Assembly: GCA_045863335.1 (NCBI GenBank)
Contig: BTVY01000023.1
Location: forward strand, 1-64,000
Source: Candidatus Hydrogenedentota bacterium
GTDB lineage: Bacteria; Hydrogenedentota; Hydrogenedentia; Hydrogenedentales; SLHB01
Direction of reading: 5' to 3'
DNA: 64,000 nt
In this document: piece after piece, positions 50,354 through 58,833 of the stretch
Layout of the letters: each line of letters starts with the position of its first letter
Numbering within the stretch: the first letter of the stretch is position 1
The notes under the pieces: model-generated
Seen by the model: only the letters and a program-made list of their open reading frames with translations
The model's database searches: none
What the model was told of the DNA's origin: nothing
Translations under genes and position numbers: made by a program

Positions 50354-50686
50354 TTACGGAATCGACGGAGGCGGGACAAGGGGCTCTCCCGATTCCAGCG
50401 AACGGACCACCGCGTCCAGAATAGGCTCAAGGTCGGCCGCGGTCACATGCGAGTACCAGACGTTGTCCGGAAACACCATGATGTTGGGGCCGTCCTCGCA
50501 CTTGTCCATGCAGCCCGACTGACTGACTCGAATCCTTGAGCGAAGCTGCCGCGCCTTGACCATGGCTTTGAGCGTGTCACGCAGTTCTCCGCCGCCCGCG
50601 CTCATGCAGCAGACCCGCTCGCCCTCCGCGCGTTCGTTGGTGCAGACAAAGATGATCTTCTCAAAGGGTAGCGAATTGACGTCCAT
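50354..50686 (-). CDS. Thioredoxin-like [2Fe-2S] ferredoxin
   Basis: FVCTNER....CC...SGCMDKCEDGP...VFPDNVWY. Confidence 0.9.
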   Translation of the reverse strand: MDVNSLPFEKIIFVCTNERAEGERVCCMSAGGGELRDTLKAMVKARQLRSRIRVSQSGCMDKCEDGPNIMVFPDNVWYSHVTAADLEPILDAVVRSLESGEPLVPPPSIP

Positions 50687-50798
50687 AGCGCGCCTTCTGA
50701 AAGGTAAAGCCGTTCCTAGCCCCAGGATCGATGATGGCGGGATTATACAGAATTCCGTGCCAATCGGAACGTGCCCGGCGGTCACACCCGTTGCGGCC

Positions 50799-50850
50799 TT
50801 TCGAATTTTGGACATTCGAAATTGTTCCGGATTTCGGATTTGGTTCTTTC
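50799..50850 (-). repeat. Degenerate solo arm of the GAAATCC-type repeat
   Basis: tttcgaattttggacattcgaaattgttccggatttcggattt resembles the right arms at 50309 and 58791. Confidence 0.55.
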
Positions 50851-50949
50851 GCGGCGCCATACCTTGTCCCTCACGATGCCATTCGATATGCTGTGGTCCA
50901 GGCGGCAACCGCTGCCATCGACTTCCATCACCGGCCTACGGGGTATCTT

Positions 50950-52758
50950 ATGGCTGAATCCATCGTACTCGGACTCGCGGGTATCGTCGTACTCGGCATT
51001 GCCGCGGAGTGGCTGGCCTGGCGCATTCGCCTGCCAACGATCTTCGTCCTGCTCATATTCGGCGTCTTCGCCGGGCCGATCACGGGCCTTTTCGACCCGG
51101 ATCGCATGTTCGGCGACTTGCTGATGCCGCTGGTCTCCCTGTGCGTCGCCGTAATTCTTTTTGAAGGCGGCTTGACCCTTCAGCTTCGGGAGCTGCGCGC
51201 CGTCGGCCGAGTCGTCTGGCTCTTGATTACGGTAGGCGTACTGATTACATGGGTACTCGCGGCGGCGGCGGCGAGTCTCTTCCTTGGGTTCGAAGCCCGG
51301 CTCGCTGCCTTGCTCGGGGCCATCCTCGTAGTGACGGGTCCGACTGTCATCATACCCCTGCTCGCGCACGTTCGGCCACGCGGGAAGGTCGCGTCCATCC
51401 TCAAGTGGGAAGGCATTACCATCGATCCCGTGGGCGCCAGCTTTGCCGTGCTTCTATTTGAAGCACTGTATCTCCATGCGGACGAAACAGCGACCTTGGT
51501 TGTAGCGTTGGGCGTGATTCGCACCATCGCCATTGGGTGTCTGCTTGGCGGCGCGGGGGTCGTCTTTCTCGTCGTCGTGTTGCGGAAGCATTGGGTTCCC
51601 GATCATCTGCATAGCCCCGTGGCGCTTGCCGTCGTCCTCGGGACCTTCGCGTTGTCCAACACGCTACAGCACGAATCGGGACTGTTGACCGTGACCTTGC
51701 TCGGGGCGATTCTCGCCAATCAACGTTACGTGAATATCCGGCACGTGGTGGAGTTCAAAGAGAATCTCCGCGTTCTTTTGTTGTCTAGTTTATTCATCCT
51801 ACTCGCGGCACGCCTGGATTTGGACCGTCTCCTGCGGCTTGGTCCAGGTACCGCCTTGTTTCTCGGCGCGCTAATACTCCTCGTACGACCCGCAACCGTG
51901 CTCACCTGCACCATCCGTTCCGGCTTGAACTGGCGGGAACGGGCCTTTCTCGCCTATCTCGCGCCACGCGGGGTCGTGGCAGCAGCAGTGGCTTCCGTCT
52001 TTGCCCTCCGGCTATCGGAGAACGGCATCGCGCAAGCGGAGGAGATGGTGCCGGTCACATTTTTTGTGATTGCGGGGTTAGTCGGCTTGTACGCGCTGAC
52101 CGCACGCCCGGTCACGCGGCTGCTGGGGCTTGCGCTACCGGAGCCGAACGGTGTGGTGATTGTAGGCGCGCACCGCCTGGGCCGCGCCATTGGTAAGGCT
52201 TTAAAAACCGAGGGCATTCCCGTGCTTGTTATCGATCGAAACTGGGGCAACATTTCCGCGGCACGCATGGAAGGATTGGCGACCTACCATGGCGACGTGC
52301 TGTCGGAACACGCCCTGCACGAAACAGACCTCTCCGAGATGGGCAAACTCGTCGCCCTGACGGCTAACGACGAAGTCAATTCGCTGGCTGCGCTACACTT
52401 CAGCGAACGTTTCGGTACCACCGCGGTCTACCAGTTAGCCGTAGCTGGCTCCACCTCGGATAGAAGCGAAACGAAAGAACCGGCGTCCCATCTGCGCGGA
52501 CAGATTCTTTTCAGCAAAGACTTTGGCTATGATGCGCTCGCGCGGCGGGTTGTCGAGGGCGCGGCCATGAAGGCCACCAAGATCAGTGACAAGTTCACCT
52601 TCGACTCCTTTCGGGATGAGCACGGCGAATCCGCGACGCCCATGTTTATCGTCACTGAGCGGGGAGGACTGCGCATGATCACTGCCGGTATGGAGGTGAA
52701 TCCGCAGCCCGGGGACAAGATCATCGCGTTGGTCGATCGCGAACCGGAGGTTGCGTGA
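50950..52758 (+). CDS. CPA1 (NhaP-type) cation/proton antiporter with TrkA-N/RCK domain
   Basis: ILFEGGL, VTGPTV, WEG..IDP.GA, ESGL, APRG.VAA; C-terminal Rossmann-like domain. Confidence 0.9.
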   Translation: MAESIVLGLAGIVVLGIAAEWLAWRIRLPTIFVLLIFGVFAGPITGLFDPDRMFGDLLMPLVSLCVAVILFEGGLTLQLRELRAVGRVVWLLITVGVLITWVLAAAAASLFLGFEARLAALLGAILVVTGPTVIIPLLAHVRPRGKVASILKWEGITIDPVGASFAVLLFEALYLHADETATLVVALGVIRTIAIGCLLGGAGVVFLVVVLRKHWVPDHLHSPVALAVVLGTFALSNTLQHESGLLTVTLLGAILANQRYVNIRHVVEFKENLRVLLLSSLFILLAARLDLDRLLRLGPGTALFLGALILLVRPATVLTCTIRSGLNWRERAFLAYLAPRGVVAAAVASVFALRLSENGIAQAEEMVPVTFFVIAGLVGLYALTARPVTRLLGLALPEPNGVVIVGAHRLGRAIGKALKTEGIPVLVIDRNWGNISAARMEGLATYHGDVLSEHALHETDLSEMGKLVALTANDEVNSLAALHFSERFGTTAVYQLAVAGSTSDRSETKEPASHLRGQILFSKDFGYDALARRVVEGAAMKATKISDKFTFDSFRDEHGESATPMFIVTERGGLRMITAGMEVNPQPGDKIIALVDREPEVA

Positions 52759-53906
52759 ATCCTACCGTGACGATCTCGTCTGTGGCCCATGGCGGCTATG
52801 GCATCGCCCGCATCGACGGGCAGGTCTGTTTCATCCCCTACGCATTGCCCGGCGATGAAGTGGTGGTGCAGGTTGAACGACGGTCGAAGGGTGTTCTGTG
52901 GGGCGCCATCGATCGCATCGTCGCGCCGTCGCCGGATCGGATCGATCCGGGCTGCGGCGTCTACGGGCGCTGCGGCGCATGCACGTGGTTGCATTTCGCC
53001 TATCCGGCCCAGGCGGAATGGAAACGGCGGATCGTGCGCGACTGCTTCGAGCGTATCGCCAAACTTCAGGTAGAGGTTACTTGGGCCGACGACCCAGACC
53101 GGCGCCTGCACTACCGCACGCGCGCCGAGTTTCACGGCGATGGAAATGGTTTTGGCTTCTACGCAGGCGGCACGCACGACGTCGTCGATGTGGTCACTTG
53201 CCCGCTGTGTCATCCACGGCTGAATACGGTGTTGTCCAGGTTGCGCGAACTGGGACTGCGTGGATCGGTCGAAGTGTCCGTGAACCCGGAGAGCGACGAC
53301 GTTCTTGTATGGTCGACAAAGCAGAGCGCGCCGCTAGCCTCGGCGTATCCGAACGCACAGTGGATCGGTTCGGATGGTCCGCGCGCGCAGTTTCGGTTCG
53401 ACGGCGTACCCGTGGTGAATGGCGCGTTTTCGCAGTCCAGCCTGTTATTGAATCGTGTGCTGCTGCGCGTCGTCCAGGAGGCGGTGGGCGATTCGGAACG
53501 AATTCTCGATCTCTATTGCGGTAGCGGCAACCTCTCGCTCGCCTTCGCGCGGGATCGGTCGGTGGTCGGCATCGATCATAATCGCGCATCTATTGAAGCT
53601 GCTCAAGCCGCCGGACAAGGCGAGTACCGCACCGGAGACGAAACCGCTTTCGGTGCCGCGCTCGGCGAGGGGCAGTGGGACGCCATCCTGCTCGATCCGC
53701 CCCGTACCGGCGCGAAGCCTGTTGCCGGAGTGCTCGCTGAGTGTCGCGCGAAGCGGGTCGTCTACGTGTCCTGCGATCCGGCCACGTTGGCGCGTGACGC
53801 CAAGGTCCTGGCCGCGGGCGGCTGGAAGCCGAACCGGGTCACCGCGGTTGACCTCTTTCCCAACACCTGCCACATCGAAGCCGTGTGCGAATTCCTGCGC
53901 GCTTGA
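52755..53906 (+). CDS. TRAM-domain RNA (uracil-5)-methyltransferase, RlmD/TrmA family
   Basis: TRAM N-terminus, C..Y.RCGAC Fe-S motif, FSQ, LDLYCG.G, LDPPR.G, YVSCDPATLARD, D.FP.T.H.E. Confidence 0.9.
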   Translation: MNPTVTISSVAHGGYGIARIDGQVCFIPYALPGDEVVVQVERRSKGVLWGAIDRIVAPSPDRIDPGCGVYGRCGACTWLHFAYPAQAEWKRRIVRDCFERIAKLQVEVTWADDPDRRLHYRTRAEFHGDGNGFGFYAGGTHDVVDVVTCPLCHPRLNTVLSRLRELGLRGSVEVSVNPESDDVLVWSTKQSAPLASAYPNAQWIGSDGPRAQFRFDGVPVVNGAFSQSSLLLNRVLLRVVQEAVGDSERILDLYCGSGNLSLAFARDRSVVGIDHNRASIEAAQAAGQGEYRTGDETAFGAALGEGQWDAILLDPPRTGAKPVAGVLAECRAKRVVYVSCDPATLARDAKVLAAGGWKPNRVTAVDLFPNTCHIEAVCEFLRA

Positions 53907-53983
53907 CGCGTTGCGTTTCGCACGCCTGCCGGGCCTGGTGTATAATCCGCCATCGGTGTGTCCCCACGTATTGGAGAAGATTT

Positions 53984-55789
53984 ATGACAACGCGTCTCTA
54001 TTCCTTCGTTCCGGCGCTTCTTATACTGGCGTGTTTCCCGGCGTTCGCGGAAGAAGAGCCCGCCCCCGACCTGGCGGACCTTCCGTGGTCGTTGCGGGAC
54101 CACTACACCATCACCACCGCCGACCAGCAGATGTACATCACTTACGGCGGCGACAACGGGGAGTGGAGTCTCGATATCAAGGGGATCGGTACGGTACTCA
54201 CCAAGGTGGCGGCAACGATTACCCTGGCGGACGGCTCGGTTATCGATCTGCGCGACCTTGGTGTGGGCGATACTACCCGCTACAAGGAAACGGCGGAACT
54301 GGGACCCGGCATGAAGTACACGGTCAAAATGTCCGCTCCGAACGGACTGGGCATCGTGCATTCCTTGACCTACCACGAGACCCATCCGTTCTACGTGGTA
54401 CGCATGGAACTGACCAACAACGGCTCCGAACCTCTCGAAGTCGCCAGGATTAGCCCGGTCGTGATTGGCCCGGGCGGTTTCGGTAACCTGAGCCTGGAGA
54501 CGACCGAGAGTCCGCGCCGCTTCGATGTCATCGGCGCCTCGCCCGTGTACACGAAAGTGGGCGACCCCCTCTTTTCGCTTTTCCACGATCCCGTCAAGAA
54601 CGTCACCTTGGCCGTGGGCGGTCTTCCCGTAGGCCGCGCGAAGACGGGCGTCCACCTGGAAAAGTTCGAAGGCCGGTACCAGGGGCACATCACGACCACC
54701 TTCGACCCGGCGGTGACGCTGGCGCCCGGCGCTTCGCTCGCATCGGACCCCGTGTGGATCGCCTTTACCCTGCCCAAGCCCGCCGACGTGGACATGTTCT
54801 ACGCCTGGGCTCATGCGAACATGCCCGACGCCAAGTCGGAGGGCGTGCCGGAATGCTGGGTCACCGTGCCGGACGGCGAGTCCTTGCCGGAACTGATCCA
54901 GGCTGTGAACTTCTGGAAAGGCGCCGACGTTGCCCACGCGCTCGTTCCCGTCACCTGGGAAGGCCGGCCGGGATCGCTGGAAGGCGCTCAGCCTGATTAT
55001 CCGAAAGACATGGCCAATGCCGCCGCGCAACTCCGTCAGGCGGGAGCCACACCGGGCATCACGCTTGACCCGTTGGCGGTAGTGGACGGGAAAGACGAGT
55101 TCACGGCGGTGTCTGCCGACGGTCAACGCTGGCTCAATCCGGCCAACGAACAAGGCAAACAGTTCGGCGTCGAGCGGCTCCGTGCCGTCGCGCGCTGGGG
55201 CTTCGGATTCTACGTTGTCGAGCCTTCCCTGATACCGGATGAAGTTCTGAAACATTTCAATCTCACACGTACCCAGGCCAACGACCTCGCCTACGACATG
55301 ATGGTCGAAGTCGCGGCCGGCGCCCCCGTGCTCGGGGCTTCGGAGGCCACCTTGGGCGCATCGATCGACGAGTGGCTCCTCGCCGCCGCGGCCACCAGCC
55401 GCATGGAGGAGTACTCCGTCGTCGTCGGGCCGGTGCGGTTTGATGCGAACGCTGCCGGAGACCTGCCGGACGATGCCGTTACCGCCATGGCGTTTTTTGG
55501 CGGGCCCATCGAGTTGGTGGGAAATCCGTCGTCGGGGCTTCTAAAGCAAATCGGCAAGGTGTTTCCCAAACCGTACATCTGGCCGCGCGCCATCGATTCC
55601 GGTTCTCCCGCGCCGAAGCTGTGGCAGGTTCACGTACAGCAAAGCCAGGGAGCAGGCGAACGCCTGGCGATCGTGTCGTTCCCCGGCGCGCGGGCCCATA
55701 CGCCCGCGGATTTGGTTTCGCCTTCGGGTGAAGGACTTCAGACCATGGAATCCAGTGCGGCCGAGTTCCTGGATGCCCTCGGCCGTTAG
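53984..55789 (+). CDS. Secreted GH36/GH27-like (alpha-galactosidase-fold) protein, catalytic motifs degenerate
   Basis: Signal peptide, beta-sandwich N-terminus, barrel segment YPKDMANAAAQLRQAGATPGITLDP...LNPA...WGFGFY following the GH36 pattern. Confidence 0.5.
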   Translation: MTTRLYSFVPALLILACFPAFAEEEPAPDLADLPWSLRDHYTITTADQQMYITYGGDNGEWSLDIKGIGTVLTKVAATITLADGSVIDLRDLGVGDTTRYKETAELGPGMKYTVKMSAPNGLGIVHSLTYHETHPFYVVRMELTNNGSEPLEVARISPVVIGPGGFGNLSLETTESPRRFDVIGASPVYTKVGDPLFSLFHDPVKNVTLAVGGLPVGRAKTGVHLEKFEGRYQGHITTTFDPAVTLAPGASLASDPVWIAFTLPKPADVDMFYAWAHANMPDAKSEGVPECWVTVPDGESLPELIQAVNFWKGADVAHALVPVTWEGRPGSLEGAQPDYPKDMANAAAQLRQAGATPGITLDPLAVVDGKDEFTAVSADGQRWLNPANEQGKQFGVERLRAVARWGFGFYVVEPSLIPDEVLKHFNLTRTQANDLAYDMMVEVAAGAPVLGASEATLGASIDEWLLAAAATSRMEEYSVVVGPVRFDANAAGDLPDDAVTAMAFFGGPIELVGNPSSGLLKQIGKVFPKPYIWPRAIDSGSPAPKLWQVHVQQSQGAGERLAIVSFPGARAHTPADLVSPSGEGLQTMESSAAEFLDALGR

Positions 55790-55830
55790 GATAGCCGTTT
55801 ACGTGAACGAACGCCGCTGAAAGGATAGTT

Positions 55831-57504
55831 GTGCCGTACCGAACCATCTCGCGACGTGTCGGCGACGCCGTGCGACTTGCGGAAGTCGCGCAGGTGCTGG
55901 TCCGTCACGGCTTCGCGGACCTGGTACGGCGCGTCGGATTGTACGAGGGGGCGCCGGCCAAACTGCTGCGCAGCCTGCATCTCATCGAGCAGGCTCCTGA
56001 CGTGCCGGAGACGATGGGCGCGCGCTTGCGGGCCGCTCTCACGGAATTAGGGCCGACGTTCGTTAAGTTCGGTCAAATCCTGAGCACCCGGCCAGACGTG
56101 CTCGGGCCGGAAGTCTGCGCCGAGTTGAGCGACCTCCAGGACCGAGTGGCAGCCCTTCCCTTTGAAACGATGCGGCCGGTCATTGAAGCCGAACTCAAGG
56201 GAAGGCTCGAGGATCACTTCAGCACGTTCAACGAAACACCCGTCGCCTCCGCCTCGCTGAGCCAGGTCTACCGTGCGCGCACCCAGTTGGGCCGGGAAGT
56301 TGCGGTCAAAGTGCAGCGTCCGGGAATCCGGAAAACGATTCAGTCGGACCTGAGCCTCATGCGCGGTTTGGCGGAATGGATCTCCGAGCACGTCAAGGAA
56401 TTGCAGTGGATCGATCCCGTCGGGACCGTGGAAGAGTTCAACCGCACCGTCATGCGGGAACTCGATTTCACGATCGAAGCCCACATCATTCAGCGCTTCC
56501 GCAAGAACTACTCCGGCGAGACGGCGGTCTTCGTGCCGCGCGTGGAGACCGACATTTCCGGTCCGCGGATGCTCGTCATGGACTGGATTGACGGTGCGCG
56601 GGTGGATGCTCTGGACCAGTACGAATCCCGCAATTGCATCCCGCGGACCGTTGCGGCCAACGGCGCAAACACGCTATGCCGGCAGGTCTTCGAATTCAAC
56701 CTGTTCCACGCCGACCCCCATCCCGGCAACATTCTCGTGACGCGAAACGACCAGATCGCGTTTCTGGATTACGGCATGGTAGGGCACTTGCAACCCCACG
56801 ATGTCGATGCCATCGCCGATTTGTTGCGGGCGGTCTTCGAAGAGGATTCGCCGCGCTGCGTGGACGCGTTGCTCAGGTTCACGGTCGCCGGGGAGACCGA
56901 GCACCGCGCGGAACTGGAACACGACGTTGCCGAGTACATCGCCTTCGAAGCCCGCTCAGTCATGGGCAACGCGGACGTCGGCAAGGCGCTCGACCAAATC
57001 ACAAACATTCTGCGGCGGCACCGGCTGCAGCTTGCCCCGCGCTTTTCCCTGTTGCTGAAAGCCATGGCGACCATCGAGTCTACCGCAAAGACCCTCGACA
57101 AAACGCTGGACATGGGACCCGTCATTCGCCCCTATGTGGAGAACATCATCAAGCAGCGCTTTGCCCCGGTGCGGCTCGCCAAGGAAAGCCAACAGACCCT
57201 CGCCTCGGCCATCCGCATCGGCAAAGAGATTCCCGGCGAAGTGCAAAGCCTGGTGCGCACGTTCCGCAAGGGCAAGTTCCGGATTCAACTCGATCACGAA
57301 GGGCTCGACCACCTGGCCAACGTCACCGACCGGGCCAGCAACCGGATCGCCTTCAGCCTGATCGCCGGGGCCCTGATTGTCGGTTCCAGTCTGCTCATCT
57401 CGTCCGACATCGGAGCGCGATCGCTCGGCTACGCCGGATTCACCTTCGCCGGAGTCCTCGGAATCATGCTGCTAATCTCGATTCTGCGCTCGAAGAACTA
57501 TTAG
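55831..57504 (+). CDS. UbiB/AarF/ABC1 atypical kinase
   Basis: LGPTFVKFGQILSTRPD, ASASLSQVY, VAVKVQRP, ELDF..E, FHADPHPGN, LDYGMVG; C-terminal TMs. Confidence 0.94.
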   Translation: MPYRTISRRVGDAVRLAEVAQVLVRHGFADLVRRVGLYEGAPAKLLRSLHLIEQAPDVPETMGARLRAALTELGPTFVKFGQILSTRPDVLGPEVCAELSDLQDRVAALPFETMRPVIEAELKGRLEDHFSTFNETPVASASLSQVYRARTQLGREVAVKVQRPGIRKTIQSDLSLMRGLAEWISEHVKELQWIDPVGTVEEFNRTVMRELDFTIEAHIIQRFRKNYSGETAVFVPRVETDISGPRMLVMDWIDGARVDALDQYESRNCIPRTVAANGANTLCRQVFEFNLFHADPHPGNILVTRNDQIAFLDYGMVGHLQPHDVDAIADLLRAVFEEDSPRCVDALLRFTVAGETEHRAELEHDVAEYIAFEARSVMGNADVGKALDQITNILRRHRLQLAPRFSLLLKAMATIESTAKTLDKTLDMGPVIRPYVENIIKQRFAPVRLAKESQQTLASAIRIGKEIPGEVQSLVRTFRKGKFRIQLDHEGLDHLANVTDRASNRIAFSLIAGALIVGSSLLISSDIGARSLGYAGFTFAGVLGIMLLISILRSKNY

Positions 57505-57605
57505 CATTAGCGGCTTCGGTGAGTTCCCTTTTCAGGTCGGACGAGACAGGCCCTCCAACGGACGGCAAACATGTGAGCCAGAGATTCTGAATGGATGTCC
57601 GTGTT

Positions 57606-57640
57606 AAGTCCCCCTTCGAAGGGGGATTTAGGGGGATGTT
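57606..57640. repeat. C/G-run palindromic repeat unit
   Basis: AAGTCCCCCTTCGAAGGGGGATTTAGGGGGATGTT hairpin with an extra G-run. Confidence 0.5.
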
Positions 57641-57684
57641 TCCCGAAGAACCGGGATCAGCTATCGGTTGTTGCAGGAACAAAC

Positions 57685-58554
57685 ATGCTCGAGATCAAGT
57701 CCCACGCCAAGATCAACCTCTACCTCGACGTGCTCAACAAACGGCGCGACGGGTTCACCAATATTGAAACCATCTTCCAGACCGTAAGCCTGGCGGATAC
57801 GCTCCTGCTCGAACCACGGCCGGAAGAAGTCACCATGGAGTGCACCATGCCCGGCGTGCCGACGGACGAGTCGAACCTCGTCATCCGCGCCGCGCGATTG
57901 CTACAGCAGGAAACCGGTTGCCGCGCTGGCGCACACATGCGGCTGGAGAAACGCATCCCCATGGCCGCGGGACTCGCAGGAGGTTCGGGGAACGGTGCCG
58001 CGGCCCTGGCCGGACTGAACGATTTGTGGGGCCTTGGCCTATCGATGCCGCGCCTGGAACGCCTGGCTGCGCGGCTCGGATCGGACGTGCCCTATTGCCT
58101 CCATGGCGGCACTGTCGCCGCGACCGGACGGGGCGAGCGCATGAAGCAACTGGGCCCGATTCAGGAAACGTGGTTCGTCCTGCTGCACCCCGACCTGCAC
58201 GTGAGCACGCGCGACGTGTACACCAGTCCGGACTTGGCACGCAGCGCCGAACGGCCATTCGCCGGATCGACGCCCGCCTTTCGTCGCGCCATCGAAGCGG
58301 TAACCGAAGGGCGCCTCGCCGATGCACTATTCAACCGCATGGAAACGGCCGCTTTCCCCATGCACCCCGAGTTGGCGGATTGGAAGCAACAACTGCTCGA
58401 CTGCGGCTGCAACGCCGCCATCATGAGCGGCAGCGGCCCCACCGTCTTCGGACTCTGCGCGTCGCAGCAGCACGCGGAGTCTGTCGCCGGACAAATGAGC
58501 GGGATTCGCGTGTCGGTCGTCCATAGCGTGGACCGGGCGCTTGAGTTGATCTAA
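57685..58554 (+). CDS. ispE: 4-diphosphocytidyl-2-C-methyl-D-erythritol kinase
   Basis: AKINLYL, KRIPMAAGLAGGS, LGSDVP, G.GE, MSGSGPTVFG. Confidence 0.96.
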   Translation: MLEIKSHAKINLYLDVLNKRRDGFTNIETIFQTVSLADTLLLEPRPEEVTMECTMPGVPTDESNLVIRAARLLQQETGCRAGAHMRLEKRIPMAAGLAGGSGNGAAALAGLNDLWGLGLSMPRLERLAARLGSDVPYCLHGGTVAATGRGERMKQLGPIQETWFVLLHPDLHVSTRDVYTSPDLARSAERPFAGSTPAFRRAIEAVTEGRLADALFNRMETAAFPMHPELADWKQQLLDCGCNAAIMSGSGPTVFGLCASQQHAESVAGQMSGIRVSVVHSVDRALELI

Positions 58555-58827
58555 ATTCGAAATCCGAATCTCGAAATCCGAAACAAATCCGAAGGACCAA
58601 AACCCTAAACGTGACCGTTCCGGTCGGCTGGCGGGAGACGGTCACCGTGGCAGTGCGCGAGTCGAAGGCTGAAGCGGAGTTCGCCGCTGGCACCAACGAA
58701 GGTTATGAATACTGACCGAACCAGAAACTCCTGCGATAACCGATAAACGCTGTTGAGGCCCGTTTCGGTCATTCGAATTTATAACATTTGAATTTGTTTC
58801 GGATTTCGAGATTCGGATCTCGAATTT
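58553..58827. repeat. MITE/REPIN-like element with ~36-bp inverted arms (copy 2)
   Basis: AAATTCGAAATCCGAATCTCGAAATCCGAAACAAAT at 58553 and an inverted copy at 58792-58827 with one mismatch. Confidence 0.75.
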
Positions 58828-58833
58828 GTCTTC

